DNA from: Mytilus edulis | Taxonomy: Eukaryota | Assembly (NCBI RefSeq): GCF_963676685.1 | Contig: NC_092346.1 | Span: forward strand, 104,284,001 to 104,348,000 | Reading direction: 5' to 3' | DNA length: 64,000 nt | Part shown: piece by piece, positions 40,471-53,975 of the stretch | Numbering within the stretch: the first letter of the stretch is position 1 | Layout: each line of letters begins with the position of its first letter | The notes under the pieces: generated by a model | Told to the model about the DNA's origin: nothing | What the model saw: the letters and a program-made list of their open reading frames with translations, nothing else | The model's database searches: none | Translations under genes and position numbers: made by a program

Positions 40471-43440
40471 AAGTTCATTTCTTGGGCTACTGTTGTGCAG
40501 TCTATAATTATTTGAATATTTAATGTCTGGTTCCCTTTCAAAGTTTCATTTCATTTGCTATGTCTAACAGACTGTATGTTGAGTTTTTTTTCAAATCCAG
40601 GAAACCTATTTGTCGTTTATCATAAAGAGCTGGGCACTTGAGTAAGAAGTGTTCTAGAGTATCTATTTCCAACTGACACAAGCACAATTTGCTTTTTCTT
40701 GTTCCCTTTTGAATTTGTGTATGTCACATTCTAATAGATATGTACCGGTAAGTAATCTGGCTTTGAATTGTGCCCTTTTTTTATACCTCATATGTAACTG
40801 ATGGTAAAGAGTTCCATACTGGATGATTCTGATGTATTTTTAGGTCTGTTGTATTGTAAAATTTAAGAGTGGATTTTTCTTTCGTTTCGGTTTGTAGCCT
40901 TCGTGTCCATTTATCGGCTATGGCTGTGTTCATTTGCTTTTTCTTAGAAATTTTATTGGAAGATATTTTTTTTCAGCTCGTGAATTGGCATTAGACTGTA
41001 ATATTGTAAGATTTCTTTCACCCTTAGAAAGAAACTTTCTTGATTTTCTGAGTTGACAATCAGTTGTTTTTCCATTAAAGTTCTTAGTTTGGTGTTTTCA
41101 CTTACTAGAATAGAATAAAGCAGGCAAAGTTCTTTCTTATAAAGTTCTGCTTAAATTGGTATTGCACCAATAAGCATATATACTGCCGCTATTGAAGTTC
41201 TTTTTGAAAGGGTTGGAAGCATCTGATAGTTTTGATGTGGAATTGCCTTAATTACCCTACTTATGTCAAATTCAGCGGAAGTATTCCAGGCCGTATAGTA
41301 GTCTTGGAAGAACGTTCGCTTTGTAGATCTTTTAAGCTTTTTTGTGGTTAAGACCTCCTTTTCTATTTAGTCCCACTTCAAGAGTCTTTCTTGCAATATC
41401 AATATGTTCTTGTATAATTCCTTTATGTGTGGCGTAGTTGTTAGATTGTATTGCTTCATTTCCTAATTTAATAATTTAGGGTTGTAGATAGAAGTTTTAT
41501 TTTTGTTAACTTGCCTGTAGTATGCCATCAGAAAAATAAGAGCAGGCAGCCATTATTGGTGAGAGACCCTTTGTAAACCAAAATTGGAGTCCAGTCTGAT
41601 GAGTATTCAAGTCAGGCATTTTTTTCTGATAATGCATATTAAAAAATTTCCCCTAAGACAGAGGTGACTGCAATTCCCCTGAAGTTGTTGTTAAGGTTGG
41701 ATGTATTTTTCTTTTTATGAACTGGAGTAAGAATGCCTGTTTTGAAGATATCAGGTGTTGTTCCTTTTCAGCATGATATTGTTAAAGAGATAAGCAATGT
41801 CTGGTAATATTGTATTACCGGCATGTTTAAAGTGCTCGGCTGTTAAGAAGTAGCCATCCTATGTTTTCCCTGTATTCAGTTCATTGATGGTTTTTTTTTA
41901 TCTCTTCTTCTGTAAATTGTGTGATGTCATTTCTATTGATTGTAGATTGATATACAATTGCGTTGATTTGTTTGTATCTAAATTCACATTGCTTCATATA
42001 TTCTGCGTCATAATGGTCCTTTGTAGCTTGGGTTGCTAATGTTTCGTAGAATTCTGCAAGGATGTCCGTTTACTTTTCTTGTTCTACAATATGTTCTCCA
42101 TTTGTATTCTTTAATATCAATGTTGCTTCCAGCTATAAAAAGCATTCTTTTTGATTTGAGTTCTTTAACCTTCTCATAGGCTTTCCACTTTGGTCCGTTT
42201 AAAAGATCCCGTCAGTATGATATTGTTCTATTTTATGTCATTATGATATATTTCTATTATGAATTACAATATACGTTAAACCATAAACGTCAAAATCATT
42301 AAATCGCGTAGTGGAATTAACTATTTGTGGATTCTTATAAATTCTATATATAACTTTTGGACTATTTTCAATCTCGGTCTATTTCTGAAATTTATTCTCA
42401 CATACTTTTGATTTTTTAACCCTATATGCTAACATTGCCTATGTAAATTTTAAAATTGTTTGTATGCACATTGAACAATAAATCTATGTGACGTAAAACA
42501 ATTTCTGACGTCAGACACACACACCAATGAATGTGTTTGCAGATAGATGTTTTTGTGTTCTGTTAAATTGTTCCTTTTAAAATTGTTATACGATCATGAC
42601 TGATGTACCCATATTTTGACTATTTTATTAATTGTGTCTGTTTAGTTAACGCATCAATGTAAATATAATGGAATTTGATGAGACTGTCATCAAAGTGAGA
42701 GGGTTAGCGCTATAAAACCAGGTTTAATCCACCATTTTCTACATTTAAAAATGCCTGTACCAAGTCAGGAATATGACAGTTCTTGTCCATTCGTTTTTGA
42801 TGCGTTTTTTTATTTGATTTTGCCATGTGATTATGGACTTTCCGAATTGATTTTCCTCTAAGTTCAGTATTTTTGTGATTTTACTTTTTTTGTACACTTG
42901 ACACTTGTATTTCTGGCTTTGGATATAATATCGACGATGTTTAATGCCTGTTCTTAGATGTCTTTTATTGAATCAGGGATTTTACGTTGCTCCTGTAGAG
43001 TTTCTACATCTTTTTGATATAACCCTATATTGGTTTCTTCTATATGAGTATGGTTCTTGGTTTTGACTATTTTCATTTGATCTTATCAGACGCTATTGAC
43101 ATTACATTAGTTTTAGCTCTTATTAGAACTTGTGCTGACTCATTTGTATGGTATTGGTCTTCTATTGCGGTACTCCTTTATTCTCCAGGATATAGTCTAT
43201 CTGTGAGCATGATTTACTTTTATGATGGTCAAATGTAGAGCCTCAAATGTATGGTTTAGATGATGTTTTCTGCAGAGCTCTTTCAGAAGTTCAAGTATAT
43301 CATGGTTTTTATTTCTGGTTAATAACAAAGAACCATTTAGGTCGTCAGTTGTAAAAATACTATGAGTGTCATCATACTTATCTATTGATGATATGTTATC
43401 TAGATGCTCTCTATATCGAGGTTCATATCCTATCATCATT
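40470..43440 (-). mobile_element. Decayed, internally deleted APE-RT non-LTR retrotransposon
   Basis: Minus-strand motifs in the expected order: DDLN and SQIDYIL (endonuclease, ~43200-43350), LTAEHFKHAG, FKTGILTPV, NFRGIAVTSVLG (RT N-terminus, ~41650-41850), VLPRLLYGLE (~41290), LEHFLLKCP (zinc knuckle, ~40640). Many stops and frameshifts. Confidence 0.8.
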
Positions 43441-45289
43441 GTTGGTACATAATTATTGATAATTTTATGTGAAAAAGTTTTGGGCCAAAGAGATATTTTC
43501 CTTCATTTCCACTTCTGTTGTGATTTCTATATCAATGTTGAAAAAGGGCCTTCATTATCGTATTGATATAAGCAGAAAAAAACACAAACCGGAAAAAGCA
43601 GCAAATTTATATATTCATCATACCAAAAAGGTACACAGTACAGATCTAACAGTACTCGTCGTTACTGACAGCAAATTACAAATAATAACAAAAAGCATGT
43701 ATAATAAAACCAAAATAGCAATCAGTACACATAAAACATCCAATGAATTTAGTGTTAAGACGTCATTAATAAACAGGGGAAAATATGACTATGTGCAATG
43801 CTAAAAAAGGTTATTGTGCCTATGTGCCTATGTGTATAACAATATCATTTAGTGTGGTTTTGATTTACTGATAACAAAATAAATACTTATACAAATAAAA
43901 ACAATATTGAAAGATATAATTACAGATTTTGTTTTAAGTATTTATAAGTTTACTCGAATCGTTTCTTATTTCAAGGCCCGATAAACAACATCAACGGAAA
44001 AAAAGGATGTACTATTCTGTTTGAAAGAAGTACAAGCACAGCCAAACATCAAAAACCAAATCTTGAAATCTATGGAAAAACTTACTGAAAAATTATAGTA
44101 ACTTGAAATGCCTGACTTAATAATTTACCAGTTCATAAATCATTATCATTGACATCCAATCTTTACGGCATAGTGAAAGAGTTGGGACATAAAACACTCT
44201 AAGACGTTGACAAATGAATACCAATGTCGTTCTTTGTTTTTTGATACATTTTTGGGTAGATTTTCTCGTGTAAAAACGGAAATATCTCAATCTAGAAAAG
44301 AAAAGTTATTGCTGTTTGTGTGCAATTGGGTTAGTGTTGGCAGTATATTAAGAAAATTTATAGTTTTGATCATTTCATCACACATCCAGTAAGTATGTCT
44401 AGCATATGTAAGACAGTTTTTTAACGGCCATTAAACTAAATTGGAAAAATATGTTAATGACATTTTGTGGAACTGTAGTTTAAAGAGTAAAAAAGTGAAA
44501 ACCGTCAACCGTATAAAAAAATCAAAGGCACGTAGTTTTTCTAAAACATCCAAAGAACTGAATGTTGCCTTTATTTACACTCTAAAAAAGTTAATTTCAC
44601 TTTTTCCGTCTGTATTCTTTCAAAAGTTAATGTAAAGTTCATTAGTCGTAGCTAAGCTACTAGTTGAAATAGCCTTAAAAGATTTGATGAAATGTTAAGT
44701 TTAGCAACAGAATCGGGAAAAACAGTGTTTTCAATGTTGCAGCAATGGACATGACTATTTATTTATTCATTTCAATGAATTTTATCCACGTATTAAGATA
44801 TCACAGGTTTTGTTTTAGAAAGTAACAGAAGTAGAAATCAGCAGTATGTTTTACAGTTGAAAAGGAAGCATTTAATATAAAGCCATATTTATTCGATTCT
44901 TAAGTGGATAAAAGTAGTGTTGACAATCTCGCTACAGCAAGAGACTGTCTCATAAAAAGGGAAAATATTAAATACTTTGTTAGTCTGCTAAAAGATAAGC
45001 CAACCTAACTGATGATGCTGTTAGAGCAGATAACGCTGAAATAATATACCGTATAGAGCAAGAGAATTTGCTCAATAATTCAGTTGATCATGTCGCATGT
45101 TTGACCACTTAGCATATAGACCAACATCCTTCAACATTTAAATAGTATTTTAGCATTCGAAAGGGAAGTTGAAGTGACATATCTATATAATTGATACTAC
45201 ATTTTTGCTTCAACATGTTTATGTAATGCTATTATTTATGACCTCATGTTACTATGGTACGCCACAGCTGTCTTATGTGGAACTCTGAT

Positions 45290-45780
45290 ATTACCTTATG
45301 TTGTTTTATTATTACTTAATGATGTTTTGTCTTTACTTAATATGGTTTTGACATTACGTAATGATGTTTAAATATAACTCATCATGGAAAAGTCATTACT
45401 TAATGATATTTCGATATTACACGATATGGTTTCGTATTGACTTGTTATAATTTTGTCATTACTCAATATGGTCTTTTCATTACTCGATGTGGTTTCACCA
45501 TTATTTGATATGGTTGTGTCATTAGTCAATGTTGCTTTAACATTACTTGATGTGTATGTGACTTAACGTAATGTAGTTGTTTCATTACATGATGTGGTTT
45601 TGTTATTTCGTAATGTTGATTTGTTTATTCTTTATATGGTTTTAACATTAAGTAATGATGTTTCAAAATTTGACGATTTTACACTACTTGATGTATTTGT
45701 TTCATTATTTGATGTGGTCTTGTCATTCTTTGATGTGGTCCTGTCATTCTTTGATGTGGTTATCCCATTACTTGATGCGG
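45290..45780. repeat. Degenerate 21-bp minisatellite (TGATGTGGTyTTGTCATTmCT)
   Basis: Clear 21-nt periodicity at 45711-45775 that decays leftward. The minus strand reads as TTSKND-like heptads. Confidence 0.75.
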
Positions 45781-45837
45781 TAAAATCACGTGACCAATTC
45801 GGAAAAGCCTGTTCTATTTTTAGATAGATTTCCATGT

Positions 45838-48382
45838 TGTATGTGCCTTGAATGCGTGTGGCCATCCATCTAATTAGTGTTTAAATTAAAGTTCGGGTTA
45901 CTGTTTGAGTTAAACTTTGAGTTAGTTTTCGAATTCAAGTCATGCTTAGAATTAAAATTCTAGTAAGCGTTGAGTTTCGAGTTGGACTTCGAGTTTGAGT
46001 CACATTTAACGGAAGAGTTCAACGCAACATAGAAGTTTAAATGCAGTGGATGTAAGAAATAATATAAAGGCAACCGTACAGCATTCAACACTCCGTATAG
46101 TCAAATACAAAAGGCCACCATGCACTATGTGAAAAAAAATCAAACGAAAAAACAAACGGTTTATTTTACAAAAAAAAAAAAAATATGACACATATGTATA
46201 CAACGACAACAATTGAACTTCATGCTCCTGACTAGGGGCAGGTGCACAAAGAAAGTGCACGTGGCGGAGTTTAACATGTATGTGAGCGAACATCGGACTG
46301 TAACAATAGTGTTACAGCACAACACGAGAAAAAAAACGTAAACTAGACAAAGTGATGCCCCCGCACTCCACTCATTTTACCGCTTATACCCCAAAAAGAA
46401 AAAAGTTCAATTTTTCTCCAAAAAGAGGAAAAATAATAAAAAGAAAAAACCCTGACTACATGTACACCTTCAATACCTGTACAAACAGCTAGCAGAATGA
46501 TAAATTCCTATCATTCAAACTGTAAGAGGAGTTATCTGGAAACGCCGCCCTACTTATGCAAGTAAATTTCCCAAAAATGACAAAGTTCAACTTTCTCCCA
46601 AAAGAGCACATATTAATAACAATTAAACCCTGACCACATGCAGCACACCTTCAATATATTCTCAAACAGACAGTAAAGGGAAAACGTCCTAGAATTCAAA
46701 CTGTTGGAGGAGTTATGCAGAATAAATATATACCGATAATGGGACGGAAAGACGGACGGACGGACAGAGGTAAAACACTATGCCCCCAACTTTCAGTTGC
46801 GGTAAAATTGTGGTAGCTTAAAAGACAGTTTCAATTGACTGACTCAATAGATCGGTATGACTGGGTTATTTAAATCCATCGGGTGATCTCGTGTTCCCCA
46901 GAAAGGTAAGGAGATTCTGCTCAACGTGTGGCACCCGTCGTGTTATTCGCGAAATTACAAACCGAGTGATTTGGTTTTATTTGGAAGTTCACATTCGAGT
47001 AAAAGATGAAGGTATTATGGTTACGACAACTGAAACATGTTCGTCATCACATGTGAAACAGATATTCCAAAACGTTTATTTTTCAATTTTATAGTATTGA
47101 TGCTTTGTCGCTTAGTCCGAGCCCCCTCCCCCGATTTTCCTGTGACTGAAGTGTGAGTTGATATGAAGTGTCTCATTTGTTAACAAAAATGTATTAGTCT
47201 TTTGATTTGTGTCGAGCCTGCAACATCATTGTAGCGGCAGTGAGAGACAACAACGTCGTCAAAAGTGGCGTCATTTCGGGGCCTTTTATAGCTTACTATG
47301 GGGTATGGGTTTTGCTCATTGTTGAAAACCATACAGCTTATTTTAATTAAATAAAAGCGAATTAAACTGTTTTGACATGATATATTTATTACCTCCATGA
47401 AGTGTTTTAAAACTTGTATAGGAGTTTTTCCTCAATATCAAGAAAAAGCATTTACAGAATGTATGTACAGCCGATCAACATTACGATTTTACACTGAATT
47501 CAGCAATATCAGGCGAAACACAGCGTTCCGTGGACTATTTTACAAATTTATTATAATACTGCTTCTATTTGACAACTTCGGATCAAATACAACAGGACCT
47601 AGAGTTTGGGATATCCCAATTATGTCCGAAATACTGTAAAAGTTTTAGGATTTTTTTTTTATTATTATTGTCTGCAGTTCCCCTTTTTCATACTAAATAA
47701 CTCTGAACAACCAAGCGATCTTTAATTTGAACTTTAACTTTGGCAATACTCATTCAAAGCACTTTAAACAAACTACATATTGAAATCTGTTAAAAAATAG
47801 ATTATTTTTTTTCGCATAGTGCATGGTGGCCTTTTGTAGCTGACTATACGGAGTGTTGAAGGCTGTATGGTTGCCTTTATATCATTTCTTACGTCCACTG
47901 CATTTAAACTCTGCTGGATAGTTGTCTCATTGGCAACCACACCACATCTAAATTTATTTCAACTCCTCGTTTTGTACACTGCAACATTGTTTATTTAGTA
48001 CGCATATTCCGGAGCCCTCTTTTCGGAAGCCCTAGCAAAAGCCCTTGTTCCACGATAGAAAATTTAATTACGAACTCAAAAAGACATATAAAATAGCTCG
48101 ACATTCTACTCGAAATTTTAATTAATCTAAATGAGACTTAAATTCGTATCTTACTCAAACTCTACCTCAAGAAGTGACTCAAATTCAAAGTTTTAACAAG
48201 AACTCTTCCTTTAAATGTGAGAAAAACTCGAAGTACAACTCGAAACTCAATGCTAGCTAGAACTTTAATTCTAAGCATGACTTGAATTCGAAAACTAACT
48301 CAAAGTTTAACTAAAACAGTAACACGAACTTTAATTTGAACACTAATTAGATAGATGGCCACACGCATTTAAGGCACATACA
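45838..48382. repeat. Long imperfect inverted repeat (arms about 45838-46140 and 47800-48382)
   Basis: 45838-46020 is the reverse complement of 48200-48382, and 46030-46140 of 47800-47910. Confidence 0.85.
46341..46806 (+). mobile_element. HINE-type element with two ~180-bp internal units
   Basis: Starts AACTAG, ATGCCCCC occurs near both ends, and a (GGAC)n microsatellite lies at 46742-46766. Confidence 0.6.
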
Positions 48383-48867
48383 TATATTTCATTACAGAAG
48401 AAAGCTACTACTATTATTATTAAAAATATTTATATGATATATATATGATATTAAATGATTCTTTCTAGATTTTATACACAGGCACTTGTATCAGAAAAAA
48501 ATCATATATACACATGTACCTTAATATTATAATTGTTATATTAAGGTATATAGGAAAAAATTTCTGAGACAAGTTCCTGTGATTTTATATATATATACAT
48601 TTAGCATTGTCATGTTTTTTCTTCCAAACACAACGAAAATATAACAAGGATTTTATGAGATTTTCAAATATGGCTTTTAAAACTATATGTGATAAAACTG
48701 TGAAAAGAAAAGTAGGGGCTAGCGGGCTAATTTTTTTTTAATATGAAACTGCATGAATAAAACCAGTGAACTTCGAAAATCAGACAAATATTTAAAAACA
48801 GAAGGAGCAAACATCCTTTATATATTTGAATGTATTGGTTCAAACATTCCCTCAGTATTATGATTAC

Positions 48868-49065
48868 CAAATAGTTATCAAAGGTACCAGGTTTATAATT
48901 TAGTACGCCAGACGCGCGTTTCGTCTAAATAAGACTCATCAGTGACGCTCATATCAAAATATTTATAAAGCCAAACAAGTACAAAGTTGAAAAGCATTGA
49001 GTATCCAAAATTCCCAAAAGTTGTGCCAAATACGGTTAAGATTATCTATGCCTGAGATAAGAAAA
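48868..49065 (-). mobile_element. Hammerhead-containing retrozyme/Penelope-LTR-like repeat (truncated)
   Basis: Reverse-complement homolog of 51720-51918. Confidence 0.7.
48905..48950 (-). ncRNA. Minimal type I hammerhead ribozyme
   Basis: Minus strand GCGUCA-CUGAUGA-GUCU(uauuu)AGAC-GAAA-CGCGC-GUC/UGGCGU: complete core, stems I and II paired, palindromic stem III. Confidence 0.85.
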
Positions 49066-51586
49066 ACTCGATTCTTGTGACGTTCATAATTCAATAAGAG
49101 AACTTATGTTTGATAAGATCGTGTGGAAGTGTAGAATGTACGGTATGACTCATAATAATGTCAGATATTGCTACCTTTAATTGTAACAGAAAAATGCCGT
49201 TGAATTGAAATGTCTTTTCGAAAACGCGCACCACACCTATTTCCTTGTTGGATTGATGTAAAATTTTGCACAAAAGTACAAATGTCTTTTGAGGCCAATA
49301 CAATATGATTTTCAATCTTAATCCTAAATGAACAGGCAGTGATGATTTTTTGGTACTATATGGGGACAAAAAGCTGTCATTTTGACACTTTCATGCAATC
49401 TTTTAAAACATTTCCGGGATACTGAATACAAAGTAAAAGAGACAATACATGAAGTTTTCTTACTTTTGACTTGAGGGTATTATAGGTCTGTATAAATTCA
49501 TTGTATGAAGTGCGGATTTTTCGCCGTTTTGTTAAAAGCAGGCCTTTGTTAGTCTTGTATTATTTTAATTTTAGTTTCTTGTCTACAATTTGGAAATTAG
49601 TATGGCGTTCATTATCACTGAATTAGTATATATTTGTTTAGGGGCCAGCTGAAGGACGCCTCCGGGTGCGGGAATTTCTCGCTACATTGAAGACCTGTTG
49701 GTAACCTTCTGTTGTTGTTTTTTTTTCTATGGTCGGGTTTCTTTCCCTATTTCCATTCTCAATTTTATTAACATACACGGAGGAGAGAACTTGTTAATGC
49801 AGTTCATAACGTCCCTGATATATTACGCTTGTATCAACTTACAACCTTGTGAGGCATTTTCTTTGGTCAATATTCTTTATAAATAACCAGCAATCGTAAT
49901 ATAATTTTATTTTCCAATTATATTTTTTATTAAGTACGTTTTACTGGTGAAGTATTCGATGCCGAAAAATATATATCATCATAAAATTGGCACACTTTTG
50001 ACTGCTATACCCTTATTTTTGACATTTTCACCTAATACCTCTGTGAGTTTTCTTCACAAATCGTTGTCAGTATGAAATTTTATGCGACTGTCACACAAGT
50101 GGGAGGATAAGCTAGCTATAAAAACCAGGTTTAATCTACTATTTTTAAAATAATAAGCCTGTACTAAGTCAGGAATGTGACATTTGTTGTCCACTCGTTT
50201 GATGTGCTTGAGCTTTTGTTTTTGCCATTTGATTAGGATCTTAAGTATTTATTATTTTTTTTTTATTAAGTATTTTTGTGAATTTACTTTTCACTCTTTT
50301 TTTAGCCTTACAGGTTTTGTGAAAGCATGAAAATTAACTTTTGATATTTCCGCAAGACACAGCAGCCCTATTGTTATGAATTGAAGATTTAGCTCAATTT
50401 ATTTGATAATTTTAGTGTAAGGAGTCTGCATATAGTACAAAAGAATTTAAAATTATCATTTTTTAAGCTTCCAAACTAAATTTCTCCGGGGACATTTCTG
50501 TTCATCATATTCTTTTATAATTACCACGCAAACTTAAGACGGGGGCAGCCATGCAGACCATTGCATGAATGTTTGACGTCATAGAACGTTCATGCGATAT
50601 TTCGAAGAGTTGTGTGATTATTGGAGGGAATTGGCTTCCAACATCTATATATATTATATTTTTATTTTTCTCTACTTTTTTATGTGAGAATTTAACAAAC
50701 AATCTGTGTTTTAATAAATAATTTGACAAATCTATTTCATCATTTCGAACAAAAGTTTCCGTCAAATTTTTACTAAGCGCTATTATTCGTTGTTGTACCA
50801 ATATCTAACGTTGCGTCAGAGTCGAAGAGTAGTAGACGATTTACCAATGGTCCATCAAAAGCATGTAATTTATCCAAAATACCCAAAGAGATGTTTACAC
50901 TCTAAAAATCAATAATTGCAATATTTTCATAGGCTTTATTACAAAAATTAGAAGTTCCTATTAGAAGTCGGTTAAGTGGCACATACCAAAATAAAACAAT
51001 ATCACACATCATAATATAAGTAAAAAAATACAAAAAAGAGGTGTAAATCTAAGTAACAATATCAGTAACTAGCAACAACTGACTTATGAGACAATTCCAA
51101 TTAAAGACTTATTCTTTTAAACATTCAATATAAATGAATAAATACAACTTTTATAATAAAAGAACATGCTATTCACAATATTTGCTGCAAGTAAATATAA
51201 GATATAAAATTTCTAACGAAAAAGGGTTGTAAATGAATTTGTCAACATGATTAAAATAGTAACATTTTTGTGTACATTTTACTTGCTTTCAAAAATAAAT
51301 CATATCGCATATCTAAATAAATTTCACAATGCATTGAGACGTGTTGTTCGTCTACGATACTATCATTTGTACAATATTTACATTCTCGGTCAATAAGAAG
51401 ACTTTTTGGCTCAGTGTAAAGACGTGTCTCTATTCCTAAAGGTATGCACTCACTTTCAGAATTAGATAAAATACATCTAGGTTGTCTATCATTTACATTT
51501 TTCAGATACGAATTTGTTATTTACTCCTCTTTATACCTTTTATAAATACTGAACTGGTTACTATTTGATTCGTTTCTATTTGGATA

Positions 51587-51918
51587 CTAGTGGACGTTTC
51601 GTCCCCGAGGGTATGACTAACCCAGTAGTCAGCACTTTGGTGTTGACATGAATATCAATTATATGGTCATTTTTATCAATTTACTTTTGCAAAAGTTTGA
51701 ATTTTCGAAATACTTAGGATTTTCGTATCCCAGGCATAGATAACCTAAGCCGTATTTGGCACAATTTTTGGGAATTTCGGGTCCTCCATGCTCTTCAACT
51801 TTATGATTTTTTTTAGCTTTTTAACTATTTTGATTTTAGCGTCACTGATGAGTCTTATGTAGACGAAACGTGCGTCTGACGTAATAAATCATAAACCTGG
51901 TACCTTTAATAACTATTT
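51587..51918 (+). mobile_element. Hammerhead-containing retrozyme/Penelope-LTR-like repeat (~330 bp)
   Basis: Contains the hammerhead at 51839-51882 and is homologous to 48868-49065. Confidence 0.7.
51839..51882 (+). ncRNA. Minimal type I hammerhead ribozyme
   Basis: GCGUCA-CUGAUGA(51845-51851)-GUCU(uaugu)AGAC-GAAA-CGUGC-GUC/UGACGU, with predicted cleavage after C51876. Confidence 0.85.
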
Positions 51919-53546
51919 CAACAAATTTTTGTTTGTCCATTTCACATAATTATGATTTAATATCATAGATTATATTGACAATCAATAATATCATTTATAC
52001 CAAATTAATGCTCGTCCCCATAAAACGGGGCCATGTAAAAAGTAAAATATCAAAAAGAGTTTTATATAGTTTTGTATAAACATCAAATGACATCCCTCAA
52101 TATGCTACAGTTTTAAGTGATTACTGTTGGAAGCGCCCTGCTTGCGGATTTTGTTATCTCTCGGATTGTATATTTGTGCTCCATAAACTTGTTTATATGT
52201 AATCCTATTATCGGAATTCATTGTCAAAGCTAATAGAAATGTTACCACATTCAACCTTAAAATCTGATCTCGAAGCCGTTTTGTTACAAAAATGTATAAT
52301 TTTAGTTTTAGTCTCATTTAAATTCATTCTTCATTTCATACACCAAGAATTATTACAGTTTAACATCCTTTAAAAACTATTTTTATTTCGTGCAATTAAA
52401 AATGTTAACAACATGTTATATCATAAACGGATAATTTTAGAAAGGAATCTTATGAATAATGTCAGCACCAGAGTACTGACTTTTGAGTTAATGATACCGC
52501 CGGGGACTCCACCGGTAGATGAATCAACCCATATTTTTCTATATAGAGATTAACTCCTAACTATACTACTGCCTGTATATAGATACTTTTATTTTTGGCA
52601 TTTCGCAAGTCATGTCTTTCTTGATTGTCCATGACCTTAAAAAAACTAAATTCCTAGGATGTGTTTTGGTATTTCACAATAATGTCTTCCTTGATTGTCC
52701 TTGACCTTAAAAAACTATTCCTGGGATGTATTTTAGTTGATGTTTGTCTCTGACGCATGATCTTTTTTTTTTTTTTATTGTGTTTGGCTTTTAACTAGCT
52801 TTCAGGTACTGCGAGTACTCTCAAATCATATTTTTTTGTTTTTGTTAATCTGACCTGTTGATACAATTTGTAATGATGTTTAAAATTGAGAAAGGATATG
52901 GGGAATGTGTCAAAACGACAACAACCCGACCATAGAGCAGAAAACCTCGTCTCTTTATTTTTTTAATATATACCAGCTTCGATAAGTGTTTGGTATGACT
53001 ATAAATTTTCAATTCTGTTCTCATACTATGAACAACTAAATTATACATTTTGTAAAAAATAACACCGTTCTCCATTTATACTGTATATCTTATTACAAAA
53101 TCATTTTCATCTACCTGTGTACATTATTCTATTTGGCGTCATTTTGTTCAAAGTAAGTTTGTTTTTCAGAAATTGTTTTAAGATCTTACCCCTTTTTTAT
53201 TGATTTTGTATTTACATTGTGTCATCGGATCAAAATTCGTTTAGTGTATGTTCACTTGTTTTAATATGTCTTTTGAGTGAGTTGAGCCATTTCGATCTAT
53301 ATTTTGTAGTGTTTCTTTCTATGTTGTGATGTGACACAATTGTTTCAGATAAGGGTGCAGGTTGGTACCTAATAAAACGCTTAAACCCGCTGCACGTGTA
53401 TGTTTGCACCTGTCCTAAGTCAGAAATCTTATGTTTAGTAGTTGTCGTTTGTTGATATGGTTCATAAGTGTTTCTCGTTTTTCTTTTTTTACATTAGATT
53501 AGACCGTTAGTTTTCTCGTTTGAACGGTTTTACACTAGTATTTTGG

Positions 53547-53975
53547 GGCCCTTTATAGCTTGCTGTTCGGTGTGAGCCAATGCTCTGTGATCAGACAGCA
53601 CTCTGACCTATAATGGTTCACATTTACAAATTGTGACTTGGATAGAGAGTTGTCTCATCAACACTCTTACCATATCTATGTTATATACATTTCATGCGTC
53701 CGAAATATTTGTAAGCTATAGATTGATAAGAATCGAAATAATTGAAGTTGAACGGATTTACAACAGTCATTTGTTTGGCCCTTTATAGCTTGCTGTTCGG
53801 TGTAAGCCAATGCTCCGTGATCAGACAGCACTCTGACCTATAATGGTTTCCTTGTACATATTGTAACTTAGATGGAGAGTTGTATCATTAGCAGTCTTAT
53901 CATATCTATGTTATATACATTTTATGCGTCCGAAATATTTGAAAGCCATTGATTTATAAGAACGGAAACAATTGA
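53547..53975 (+). repeat. ~230-bp tandem duplication within a family B-related repeat
   Basis: GGCCCTTTATAGCTTGCTGTTCGGTGT... at 53547 and 53777. Confidence 0.75.

Noticed and set aside
44050-45130. Another decayed LINE RT on the minus strand
   Set aside because: Only a faint LD..AFD.TV resemblance, which is not enough to call.
45594-45827. Hydrophobic FFDVVLS-repeat ORF
   Set aside because: It is a by-product of the 21-bp minisatellite and has no ATG start.
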